64,000 nt of DNA. It comes from an uncultured Balneolaceae bacterium. GTDB taxonomy: Bacteria > Bacteroidota > Rhodothermia > Balneolales > Balneolaceae. Below the pieces are notes generated by a model. It was not told the DNA's origin. It saw only the letters and a program-made list of their open reading frames with translations, and made no database searches. This document shows positions 54,962-64,000 of the stretch, in pieces. The DNA lies in the NCBI GenBank assembly GCA_937125285.1, contig CAKZLH010000165.1, positions 37,295 to 101,294 of the forward strand. The letters run 5' to 3'. Both the position numbers and the translations under genes were made by a program. Each line of letters opens with the position of its first letter. The first letter of the stretch is position 1.

Positions 54962-57358
54962 ATGTTTTCAAAAATATCCCAATTGTGTTCGCTGTTCTTC
55001 CTATTGCTCATATTTCTGCCGGGTTGCAGATCATCAACAGATCCTGTTTTAATAAATACGGAGTTCAACTTTAACAACGACTGGGAATTTGTAAAAGATA
55101 TTGATCCAACGATAAGTATAGAATCATTGGGAAAACCGGTGCCTGGAGTAGAATGGGATTCGATACGAATACCCCATACCATGAATGTTGAACCCCTGAT
55201 CATTACGAAGCAGCAGTGGCAGGGTACCGGATATTATCGTAAGCAATTCAATCCTGATAAAGCCTGGGAAGGAAAGCACATTACCCTGAAATTTGAAGGG
55301 GCTATGCATGAGGCAGAGGTATATCTGAACGGAGTTAAAGCAGGCTACAATGCTGGTGGTTATTTACCCTTCACTATCAATATTTCTGACGAGTTACGCT
55401 TTGATCAGGAGAATACCTTGTTGGTGAAATTAAATAACGAGGATAATCCTCAAATACCCCCCGGAAAAGCCATTGATGTACTCGATTTCAACTATTACGG
55501 GGGCATCTACCGGGATGTGTATTTATCTGTTAAGGATCCCCTTCGAATATCGGACCCTATAGAAGCAGAACGTATAGCAGCAGGCGGCATCATGGTGTCG
55601 TATGAGGACGTTTCTGAGAGTCAGGCTGTGGTTTCTGTTCAGGCAGATATTGAAAATGGACGAGATCTGGATGAAGAGATTGAAATACGTTTCGTCCTTC
55701 AGGATGAAAACAATAATACGGTAGCTGAATCAACTTCATCTGCTGTAGTAGATTCGGGATCTAATGTACTGCATACTGAAAGACTCATGGTTAAAGATCC
55801 AATTTTGTGGTCCACGGATAAACCATACCTCTATACGCTTACCGTTCAACTGTTTGATGAAGATGACCTCATTGATAGTGATCAGCAGAAGATCGGTATA
55901 AGGACATTTGGATTTGATGATGACAATCAATTCACCTTGAATGGTGAGCGATTGTATTTGCGAGGAACGAATCGCCATCAGGAGTATCCTTACATCGGGT
56001 ATGCACTTTCAAATGAAGCTCAATACCGGGATGCATACAAAATAAAGAAAGCCGGGTTTAACTTTATCCGTACTGCCCATTACCCGCCTGATCCGGCTTT
56101 TTTGGAAGCTGCAGACGAACTGGGACTGTTATTCATGAATGCGATACCAGGATGGCAATTCTATGATGATGGAATTTTTGCAGAACGGGCTTTTATGGAT
56201 ATACGAAAAATGATTCGACGTGATCGAAATCATCCCAGTATTGCTATTTGGGAGGCTTCATTGAATGAATCCGGAATGCCCGAAGAGTTTATGGAAAGGG
56301 CACATGAAATTGTTAAAGAAGAGTTGCCTTTCTCGCAGACTTATACAAGCGGTTGGCTGGATCATGCTTATGATATCTTTATACCAGCCAGACAACATTC
56401 CACACCGCCCGATTACTGGGCTAGTTACTCCAGGGAAAAGCCATTACTTATAGCAGAATATGGTGATTGGGAATATTACGCCCAGAATGCAGGATTCAAC
56501 CAGGATGCATTTGAAGACCTCAATGAGGAAGAAAGAACTTCCAGGCAACTTCGGGGAGATGGGCAGAAACGGTTAGCCCAGCAGGCTTTAAATTTTCAGG
56601 AAGCTCATAACTCCAATCTCAAAGGGCATTCTTTCGGGGATGCCAATTGGCTAATGTTCGACTATAACCGTGGTTATGCCCCTGATATTGAATCATCAGG
56701 TATTCAGGATATCTTCAGAATCCCAAAATTCGCCAATTATTTCTATCAGAGTCAGGCAGACCCAAAATTCGGTGTATCTGATACAGCTTTTCATGTCCCG
56801 ATGGTTTATATCGCAAATTATTGGTCAGATCCTGATTTCAAGGAGGTTAAAGTTTACAGTAATACAGACGAGGTGATACTGTCACTCAACGACAAACAAA
56901 TTGCCCGTTTAAAACCTGATTCCAATCGAATATCATCCCATTTGAACTATCCGCCTTTCAGCTTTTTTCCCTCTACATTCACTGAAGGAACCCTTAAAGC
57001 AGAAGCGTACATAGACGGAGAAGTTGTTGCGAGGCATGTACGCAGAACCCCACAAGAACCGGTTAGTATTGATATCAGCGTAGATGAGAGTGGCAAATCG
57101 ATCAAAAGCGGTGTTCATGACGTAGTATTTGTTTATGCCACCATTAAAGATAAGAATGGCACAACAGTACATGAGGCATCAAATAGTGTTCGTTTTGAGT
57201 TAGAGGGTGATGCCACCTTAATTGGCCACAATCCCATTACGGCAGAAGCAGGAATAGCCAGTATTCTTATGCGGGTGGGTGAAACACCCGGTGAGATCAC
57301 GATAAAAGCGACCACTGAAGGGTTGGAGACAGGTAGCCTTACATTAATCTCGAAATGA
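54962..57358 (+). CDS. GH2 beta-galactosidase
   Basis: 798 aa; GTNRHQEYPYIGYA, FIRTAHYPPDP, NHPSIAIWEASLNES. Confidence 0.85.
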   Translation: MFSKISQLCSLFFLLLIFLPGCRSSTDPVLINTEFNFNNDWEFVKDIDPTISIESLGKPVPGVEWDSIRIPHTMNVEPLIITKQQWQGTGYYRKQFNPDKAWEGKHITLKFEGAMHEAEVYLNGVKAGYNAGGYLPFTINISDELRFDQENTLLVKLNNEDNPQIPPGKAIDVLDFNYYGGIYRDVYLSVKDPLRISDPIEAERIAAGGIMVSYEDVSESQAVVSVQADIENGRDLDEEIEIRFVLQDENNNTVAESTSSAVVDSGSNVLHTERLMVKDPILWSTDKPYLYTLTVQLFDEDDLIDSDQQKIGIRTFGFDDDNQFTLNGERLYLRGTNRHQEYPYIGYALSNEAQYRDAYKIKKAGFNFIRTAHYPPDPAFLEAADELGLLFMNAIPGWQFYDDGIFAERAFMDIRKMIRRDRNHPSIAIWEASLNESGMPEEFMERAHEIVKEELPFSQTYTSGWLDHAYDIFIPARQHSTPPDYWASYSREKPLLIAEYGDWEYYAQNAGFNQDAFEDLNEEERTSRQLRGDGQKRLAQQALNFQEAHNSNLKGHSFGDANWLMFDYNRGYAPDIESSGIQDIFRIPKFANYFYQSQADPKFGVSDTAFHVPMVYIANYWSDPDFKEVKVYSNTDEVILSLNDKQIARLKPDSNRISSHLNYPPFSFFPSTFTEGTLKAEAYIDGEVVARHVRRTPQEPVSIDISVDESGKSIKSGVHDVVFVYATIKDKNGTTVHEASNSVRFELEGDATLIGHNPITAEAGIASILMRVGETPGEITIKATTEGLETGSLTLISK

Positions 57359-58431
57359 AGAAACTTATGAAACGGATCCTTTTCACATGTACAACTCTTT
57401 TGGTCAGCATCTCAGTTATCGCTCAGGAATCAGAACCTTCAACTTATCAACTCAATTATGCTGTGGGCGCTGACCTTTCATTTCTAAAAATGGCTGAGGA
57501 CAGTGGTTCCGTATTCAAAGAAAACGGAATGGCTAAGCCAGGCTTGGATATTTTCAGAGACCATGGCTACGACTGGATAAGGCTAAGGCTATTTCACACT
57601 CCGGATGAACTACCTAACGACCTGGAGTATACAATTGAACTAGCAAAGGAAGCAAAGAGCAAGGGGTTCAAGTTTTTATTGGATTATCACTATGCAGATA
57701 GCTGGGCCGATCCTGCTAAGCAGCCGGTGCCTGCGGCGTGGCAGGGACTTGAGCTTGAGGTCTTACGGGATTCCGTTTATGAATATACTAAACGGACTAT
57801 CGAGGCTTTTCGGGAGGCAGGAGTGATGCCCGAAATGGTTCAGATCGGGAATGAGATCAGGGTAGGGATGATGTGGCCAATAGGGAAGCTGCCTGATGGC
57901 TGGGATGCCTTTGCAGAACTTTTGAAAGCAGGAATTGAAGGTGTTGAAGCTGGCCAAGGTCAGGAAATGCGCCCCTTGATCATGATCCACTATGATAACG
58001 GTGCTGATGTTGAAGGAAATCGATATTTCTATGATAAGATACTGGCATATAATATCTCTTTTGATATAATCGGACTTTCCTATTATCCCTGGTGGCATGG
58101 TAATTTACTTGAATTAAGGGAGAATCTGATCAGCCTGACAGAGCATTATGAACATGATATTATTCTGGTAGAAACCGCATATAATTGGCGTAAAAGTGAG
58201 TACCAGGAAGAGGAACTAGCCCCATATCCAGAGACACCCGAGGGACAAAAGGATTTTTTAATATCTGTTAATGAGACACTGTTGAACATTCCCAGCAGAA
58301 AGATAAAGGGAATCTTTTGGTGGGAACCTGCTGTGATGGAGAACGTGGTGATCCGATCTCGTGGAATCTTTGATGACGAAGGTAATGTGTTACCAGTTAT
58401 AGATGTATTCAATAAGTATAAAAGGGATTGA
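57355..58431 (+). CDS. GH53 endo-beta-1,4-galactanase (second copy)
   Basis: 358 aa; GADLSFL, DYHYADSWADPAKQPVPAAW, MVQIGNEIR, LVETAY. Confidence 0.85.
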   Translation: MKKLMKRILFTCTTLLVSISVIAQESEPSTYQLNYAVGADLSFLKMAEDSGSVFKENGMAKPGLDIFRDHGYDWIRLRLFHTPDELPNDLEYTIELAKEAKSKGFKFLLDYHYADSWADPAKQPVPAAWQGLELEVLRDSVYEYTKRTIEAFREAGVMPEMVQIGNEIRVGMMWPIGKLPDGWDAFAELLKAGIEGVEAGQGQEMRPLIMIHYDNGADVEGNRYFYDKILAYNISFDIIGLSYYPWWHGNLLELRENLISLTEHYEHDIILVETAYNWRKSEYQEEELAPYPETPEGQKDFLISVNETLLNIPSRKIKGIFWWEPAVMENVVIRSRGIFDDEGNVLPVIDVFNKYKRD

Positions 58432-59417
58432 TCGTGGAAAAATCAGAAGTATTACTCAATTCTATAGAGACATATGAACCACAGAATGTTGAGCATTTAA
58501 CTTTACAGAATGAGTTTGTTGCTATATCGGTATGTCCTGATTTTGGGGGCAAATTGACCAGCATAAAAAGCCAGGTGTCAGGCATTGAGTTTCTTAAACA
58601 ACCCATAGAAGAAATAAATGATATTAAAAAACCTCAATATGGATCTTCTTTTCTACCACCCTACTCTTTTGGCTTTGATGAGTGTTTTCCAACCATTACA
58701 TCATGTGATTATGAATTGAATGGTGAAATAATAAAACTACCAGATCATGGTGAGGTATGGTCAAGAAAATGGAGAGTAAACGAACAAAATTCCTCAATAT
58801 ATGTAGAGGTCGAAGGTGAACAGTTAGATTACAAGTTAACCAGGAAGATCACTTTACATAAAAATTTGATCCTGATTACCTATGTATTAGAAAACACAGG
58901 AGTAACAGAATTTGAATATTTATGGTCATGTCATCCGCTTTTGAGTATAGAAGCTTTTGATGAGATCTTGCTACCATTCCAGGCAAAGGAAGCTCAAATA
59001 TACTACTCTACAGATGAAGATCTTGAAAGGTACGGATCGGTCAGATGGCCTTTACCTTTGGAAGATGAAAGTAATTGTGATGTCATACCGCATGCAGACT
59101 CGAATTTCGCATTGAAGATCTTCTTTCATAGACTGGCTGAGAAGAAGGCTGGTCTTTACCGTAAAAGGAGTGATCAGTCAATTATTTTTGACTATTCAAA
59201 TGCCAATGTAGATGAACTTGGTATTTGGATGAATTATGGTGGTTGGCCTTTAACAAAACCCCATAATGAGAACACAGTAGCTCTTGAGCCCACCACAGCT
59301 AGAACAGACAGCTTATCTGAGGCAATCGAAACAGGATCTTCAAGAAATATTAAAGCAGGTCAGTCCGTAAGTTGGGCACTTAAAATGGTTATTGAAGAAG
59401 GCCATGTTGCACTATAA
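58428..59417 (+). CDS. galactose mutarotase-like (aldose 1-epimerase superfamily) protein
   Basis: 329 aa, beta-rich, LPDHGEVW motif; sits between the galactanase and galK; family call is tentative. Confidence 0.45.
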   Translation: MIVEKSEVLLNSIETYEPQNVEHLTLQNEFVAISVCPDFGGKLTSIKSQVSGIEFLKQPIEEINDIKKPQYGSSFLPPYSFGFDECFPTITSCDYELNGEIIKLPDHGEVWSRKWRVNEQNSSIYVEVEGEQLDYKLTRKITLHKNLILITYVLENTGVTEFEYLWSCHPLLSIEAFDEILLPFQAKEAQIYYSTDEDLERYGSVRWPLPLEDESNCDVIPHADSNFALKIFFHRLAEKKAGLYRKRSDQSIIFDYSNANVDELGIWMNYGGWPLTKPHNENTVALEPTTARTDSLSEAIETGSSRNIKAGQSVSWALKMVIEEGHVAL

Positions 59418-59464
59418 AGGAGAACTAAAAATTTGTATGTAGTGAGTCAGGAGATATTAAGGTT

Positions 59465-60640
59465 ATGACGGAGTTGATAAAAAAGGTGTACACCGAGTTT
59501 AAGGAACTGTTTAAAGAAAAACCGATACTTATCGAATCTCCGGGCAGAGTAAATTTGATCGGTGAACACACTGACTATAATGATGGCTTTGTATTGCCGG
59601 CTACTATACAAAAAAAAATAATTCTGGGTATATCCGGAAATAATAGTAATACCATCCGAGCCTACTCAATAGATATGAATGAGTATGCAGAAATAGATGC
59701 CACATCCCTTGATGAGCATAAATACCAGTGGGCGAATTACATAAAAGGAATAAGCTCAGAGCTCCAAAAAGATGGTCATCAGATACATGGATTCGATGTT
59801 GTATTCAGTGGTGATATTCCTATTGGTGCAGGCATGTCATCATCCGCCGCTCTTGAAGGGGGGTTACTTACCGGACTTAATAAGCTTATGGATCTTGGCT
59901 TATCTAAAGAGAAAATGTCTAAGATTGGTCAGCTGACCGAGCATCATCATATAGGTGTTAATTGTGGCATAATGGATCAGTTTGTAAATCTGCATGGTAA
60001 AGCGAATCATGTATTGAGACTGGATTGCCGGTCGTTAGATTATTCATTGTACCCCTTCGAGAGGGAAGACTTGATGATCGTACTTTGCAACACTATGGTG
60101 AGCCACAATCTTGCTGACTCTGAATATAACACACGCCGTAAGCAGTGTGAACAGGGAGTAGCAGTTCTTCAAAGATATTCGCCTGAAATAAAAAACTTAC
60201 GTGATGTCTCAATGGATCAGCTTGAGGCTCATAAGGATGAAATGGATGCGGTTGTTTACCGGAGATGTAAGTTCGTGCTGGAGGAAAACCAAAGAGTACT
60301 GGACGCTTGTACGGATCTGGAAAACGATCATTTCGAAGCGTTTGGTCAAAGGATGTTTGAGTCACATCAAGGGCTAAGGCATGAGTATGAGGTAAGCTGT
60401 CAGGAATTGGATCTGCTTGTAGATATAGCCCGAGAACAGCCGGGAGTGTACGGGTCGCGAATGATGGGTGGAGGATTTGGAGGCTGTACCATTAACCTGG
60501 TACAAAAAGGCGATGTGGATTCTTTTAAGGAGGTAATAAAACGTGAATATCTTAGCCAGACCGGGATAACCACCGAGATCTATTGCACCCAAATTGGATC
60601 TGGTGCCCATGTCCCGGACTCGAATTACTCAGAAGTGTAA
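59465..60640 (+). CDS. galK: galactokinase
   Basis: 391 aa; GRVNLIGEHTDYNDGFVLP and GHMP-kinase motif PIGAGMSSSAALE. Confidence 0.95.
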   Translation: MTELIKKVYTEFKELFKEKPILIESPGRVNLIGEHTDYNDGFVLPATIQKKIILGISGNNSNTIRAYSIDMNEYAEIDATSLDEHKYQWANYIKGISSELQKDGHQIHGFDVVFSGDIPIGAGMSSSAALEGGLLTGLNKLMDLGLSKEKMSKIGQLTEHHHIGVNCGIMDQFVNLHGKANHVLRLDCRSLDYSLYPFEREDLMIVLCNTMVSHNLADSEYNTRRKQCEQGVAVLQRYSPEIKNLRDVSMDQLEAHKDEMDAVVYRRCKFVLEENQRVLDACTDLENDHFEAFGQRMFESHQGLRHEYEVSCQELDLLVDIAREQPGVYGSRMMGGGFGGCTINLVQKGDVDSFKEVIKREYLSQTGITTEIYCTQIGSGAHVPDSNYSEV

Positions 60641-60659
60641 TAATTGATTGTTGAAGCTC

Positions 60660-61718
60660 ATGGAATTAGATACCAACAGCCATCCACATCGTCGTTTGAA
60701 CATTATGACAGGGGAGTGGGTACAAGTGTCCCCACATCGCACAAAACGACCCTGGCAGGGACAGGAAGAACATACCTCAGAGAATGATTCGCAGAGTTAT
60801 GACGCGACTTGTTATTTATGTCCCGGAAACGACAGGGCAGCCGGATCAAGTAATCCGGAATATCAATCCACATACTCATTCATAAACGATTTTAGTGCAC
60901 TACTACCCGACTCACCATCTGAAGAGTTCAATCATCGCGATCTGCTGGTTGCAAAAGGGGAAAGAGGGATCTGTAAAGTGATCTGCTTTTCCCCAAGGCA
61001 TGATCTAACGCTTCCTGAAATGGAGCAATCCCATATTGAAGATGTGGTAGACCTATGGGTCCATGAATACCGGGAACTTGGTGAAAAACCCTTCGTCAAT
61101 TATGTTCAGATCTTCGAGAATAAAGGAGAGGTCATGGGATGCAGTAATCCGCATCCTCATGGACAGATCTGGGCGCAGGAGACGGTGCCTGAGGAACCTG
61201 CAAAAGAGCAGATACAATTTAAGAAGTACTTTGATACACATGGGCGTACTCTTCTGGAAGATTATCTTGAGATAGAGCTTGAGACCAAAGAGCGAGTAGT
61301 AACAGAAAACGATGACTTCGTGGTCTTAGTACCTTTCTGGGCATTCTGGCCTTTTGAGACGATCGTGATCAGCAGACGGCCATTTGCACGACTAACAGAT
61401 ATGACGGTTGATGAGAAGAGATCCCTGGCGGATATCATCAGGAAACTGACCATCAAATACGATAATCTGTTTAGCATACCATTCCCCTATTCAGCAGGAC
61501 ACCATCCGGCGCCTACAGATGGAAGAGACCACCCTGAATGGCATTATCACATGCACTTTTATCCGCCTTTGCTACGCTCTGCAACCGTCAAGAAATTCAG
61601 AGTAGGATACGAGATGCTGGCAAACCCGCAACGGGACATAACGGCAGAGTACAGCGCGAATATATTAAGGGAATCACCAGATACTCATTATAAATCCAAT
61701 AATAATATCAATGGTTAA
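60660..61718 (+). CDS. galT: galactose-1-phosphate uridylyltransferase
   Basis: CYLCPGN zinc site and the HPHGQIWA active-site HxH; ATG at 60660 is preferred over the track's TTG at 60648. Confidence 0.93.
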   Translation: MELDTNSHPHRRLNIMTGEWVQVSPHRTKRPWQGQEEHTSENDSQSYDATCYLCPGNDRAAGSSNPEYQSTYSFINDFSALLPDSPSEEFNHRDLLVAKGERGICKVICFSPRHDLTLPEMEQSHIEDVVDLWVHEYRELGEKPFVNYVQIFENKGEVMGCSNPHPHGQIWAQETVPEEPAKEQIQFKKYFDTHGRTLLEDYLEIELETKERVVTENDDFVVLVPFWAFWPFETIVISRRPFARLTDMTVDEKRSLADIIRKLTIKYDNLFSIPFPYSAGHHPAPTDGRDHPEWHYHMHFYPPLLRSATVKKFRVGYEMLANPQRDITAEYSANILRESPDTHYKSNNNING

Positions 61719-61775
61719 ATGTTCAACCGTTTATTTGGTGTTAATAGATGATAAACAGAGGCTTATGATCCGATC

Positions 61776-63407
61776 ATGTCAACAATAGATATCATCGTAT
61801 TCATAACCTACGTTCTGATGATCATAGGAGTCGGTCTTTGGGTATCCCGGGATAAGAAAGGTCACCAGAAAAACGCCGAGGATTATTTTCTTGCAGGCAA
61901 ATCGCTGCCCTGGTGGGCGATCGGGGCCTCGCTGATCGCGGCCAATATTTCTGCCGAGCAGATCATCGGGATGTCGGGTTCGGGATTTGCCGTGGGACTG
62001 GCCATTGCCTCGTATGAATGGATGGCGGCGGTGACGCTGATCGTGGTGGGTAAGTATCTGCTGCCGATCTTCATCGAGAAGAAGCTCTACACCATCCCGG
62101 AGTTCATTGAACACCGCTTCAACACCACGCTGAAGACCATTCTGGCTATTTTCTGGATCGCACTGTTCGTGTTTGTGAACCTTACCACAGTGATGTTTCT
62201 CGGGGCAAAGGCACTTGATACCATCTGGGGCACGGGCGACGGCAGTCTGCTGGTGTATGCGCTGATCGGGCTTGCGGTGATAGCAGCTGCCTATTCTTTG
62301 TATGGGGGATTATCCGCCGTGGCCTGGACCGATGTGATACAGGTGGCGCTGCTGGTGCTGGGCGGACTGGTGACCACCATCATAGCGCTGAATCATGTAA
62401 CGCCTGATGGAGGAGTCTTCAACGGTCTGGCTCATATTTATGACGTGGCGGGCGACAAATTCCATATGATCCTGGACCGCTCCAATCCCGAATTCGAAAA
62501 CCTTCCGGGGATCGCCGTACTTATCGGCGGGATGTGGGTGGCCAACCTGTACTACTGGGGGTTCAATCAATATATCATTCAGCGAACACTGGCCGCCAAG
62601 TCGCTGAAAGAATCGCAGAAAGGGATCGTCTTTGCGGCCTTTTTGAAGCTTATCATACCCCTCATCGTGGTGGTACCGGGTATCATCGCCTATGTGATGT
62701 ACACCCAGCCGGAGGGCACTGCGAATATCCCGGGCGTGGTGGATGCCTTCATGAAGCAGGGCGGCGGAGTGGATAACGACAATGCCTACCCGTGGCTGAT
62801 CAGCGAGTTTGTACCAAAGGGATTCATGGGACTGGTGGTAGCGGCGCTGGCTGCAGCGATTGTGTCGTCGATGGCCTCGATGCTGAACTCGATCGCGACC
62901 ATTTTCACCATGGATATCTACAAACCGTATCTAAACAAGAATGCCACCGACCGTCAGTCGGTGAATGTAGGTCGTATAACAGCAGCCGTTTCGCTGATCA
63001 TCGCGGTACTGCTTGCACCTCAGCTAAGCAGTGTACCTCAGGTGTTCCAGTTCATACAGGAATATACCGGGCTGGTGAGTCCCGGGATCCTGGCTGTGTT
63101 TCTGATGGGGCTGTTCTCCAAAAAGACCACCACACGTGCGGCGATCATCGGGGTTCTTTCTTCCATTGTGATCGCGTTGCTGCTCAAACTTCCTGCAGTT
63201 GGATTGCCCTTCCTGGATCAGATGTTCTATACGCTGATCATCACGATTGTGATCATAGCCGGAGTTAGTCTGACCACCAACCCGAATGACGATGATCCGA
63301 AGGCCATTCACACCCGTGCTGAGACCTTCAGAACAGGCCCCGGATTCAACATCGGAGCCTATGGAGTACTCATCATTACCGCATTCTTGTATGCAGTATT
63401 TTGGTAG
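61776..63407 (+). CDS. sodium:solute (SGLT-type, probably galactose/glucose) symporter
   Basis: 543 aa, about 14 TM segments, GGMWVANLYYWGFNQYIIQR; the interior is visibly more GC-rich than its neighbours. Confidence 0.88.
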   Translation: MSTIDIIVFITYVLMIIGVGLWVSRDKKGHQKNAEDYFLAGKSLPWWAIGASLIAANISAEQIIGMSGSGFAVGLAIASYEWMAAVTLIVVGKYLLPIFIEKKLYTIPEFIEHRFNTTLKTILAIFWIALFVFVNLTTVMFLGAKALDTIWGTGDGSLLVYALIGLAVIAAAYSLYGGLSAVAWTDVIQVALLVLGGLVTTIIALNHVTPDGGVFNGLAHIYDVAGDKFHMILDRSNPEFENLPGIAVLIGGMWVANLYYWGFNQYIIQRTLAAKSLKESQKGIVFAAFLKLIIPLIVVVPGIIAYVMYTQPEGTANIPGVVDAFMKQGGGVDNDNAYPWLISEFVPKGFMGLVVAALAAAIVSSMASMLNSIATIFTMDIYKPYLNKNATDRQSVNVGRITAAVSLIIAVLLAPQLSSVPQVFQFIQEYTGLVSPGILAVFLMGLFSKKTTTRAAIIGVLSSIVIALLLKLPAVGLPFLDQMFYTLIITIVIIAGVSLTTNPNDDDPKAIHTRAETFRTGPGFNIGAYGVLIITAFLYAVFW

Positions 63408-63446
63408 CAAAATAAATTATGAAAAGTAAATATGTTAACTAATAAG

Positions 63447-64000
63447 ATGTTCATTATGATAAAGTATATAGTAAGTTTAATTATACCTCTATTAAGTGTT
63501 ACTATGGTTATGGTATCATGTGGGGTAAATGATAACACAGTAGAAGAAATGAGTTGTGATTTTCCATTGTACCCGCCAGAGGGTCTTGTAATAGAGTCAC
63601 ATACAGAATGGACCAAAAATCACTATCAAGTCAGAATACGTTCTTTTAAGCAAGATTCTATCATGCCTAACAGTATAGTCATGCTTGGCAATAGTTTGAC
63701 AGAACAAGGTGGGAACTGGGCATCAAGACTAAATACAGAAAATGTCAGTAACAGAGGTATTGCAGGCGACAATACCGAAGGCGTACTTGCGAGGTTAGGA
63801 GAGATTAAGTGTGCAAAGCCCAAAGCCATTTTTCTGATGATTGGTACCAATGATCTTTGGACTAATCTTACAGAAGAAGAGGTGGTTGTAAATATCGAAA
63901 AAATTGGAAATGATTTGGCTACGTCATTGCCAGAGACTTCAGTATTTGTACAAACAATTATGCCGGTTGAAGAAGGTCATAATCAAACAGGAAGATTATT
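63447..64000 (+). CDS. SGNH/GDSL hydrolase lipoprotein (3' end truncated by the window edge)
   Basis: Not in the ORF track (no stop before the window edge); lipobox MVMVSCG; SGNH blocks MLGNSLTEQGG, NRGIAGDNT, LMIGTNDL. Confidence 0.7.
   Translation, partial: MFIMIKYIVSLIIPLLSVTMVMVSCGVNDNTVEEMSCDFPLYPPEGLVIESHTEWTKNHYQVRIRSFKQDSIMPNSIVMLGNSLTEQGGNWASRLNTENVSNRGIAGDNTEGVLARLGEIKCAKPKAIFLMIGTNDLWTNLTEEEVVVNIEKIGNDLATSLPETSVFVQTIMPVEEGHNQTGRL

Noticed and set aside
61779-63410. Long alternative-frame ORFs within the SGLT gene (61779..62114, 62310..62570, 62534..62776, 62792..63268, 63024..63410)
   Set aside because: They are shadow ORFs caused by the high GC content of this segment. Their products are Arg/Gly/His-rich, and the SGLT frame is clearly the real one.

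Overview
The window appears to come from a Bacteroidota/FCB-group-like chromosome, judging by the SusC/SusD pair, a T9SS C-terminal sorting domain and TAnnTTTG-type promoter boxes. It has three parts. (1) 1-16.2 kb is host core: dut, an MFS transporter, four secreted proteins of unknown function, the System I cytochrome c maturation genes ccmC/D/E/F, truA, a TonB-dependent receptor and tRNA-Asn(GTT). (2) 16.2-46.4 kb is a roughly 30-kb integrated element bounded by perfect 172-bp direct repeats that begin in the last 8 nt of tRNA-Asn. It carries a large serine recombinase and one 13-gene, same-strand, translationally coupled defence operon. In that operon a type I R-M system (hsdS-half, hsdM, hsdS, hsdR) is interleaved with an HNH-SAVED (Cap5-like) + CD-NTase CBASS pair and with a SLATT + SMODS module, followed by an M48 peptidase and a DUF3883 protein. 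The element also has a phage/ICE-like arm: XRE regulator, YqaJ exonuclease, DUF932, RadC, a Prim-Pol/VirE primase-helicase, a Toprim-DUF3631 protein and a CDC48-like double AAA+ ATPase. No capsid, tail or lysis genes were recognised. (3) 46.6-64 kb is a beta-1,4-galactan utilisation locus (LacI regulator, SusC/SusD, two GH53, GH2) with the Leloir genes galK/galT and an SGLT transporter. The most unusual signal is at 36633-39330. Two adjacent, otherwise intact minus-strand genes (the primase-helicase and a 174-aa protein) contain ten in-frame TGA codons and no in-frame TAA or TAG. The TGAs sit at positions that read as tryptophan, and nine of the ten are followed by A. The rest of the window clearly uses TGA as a stop codon.
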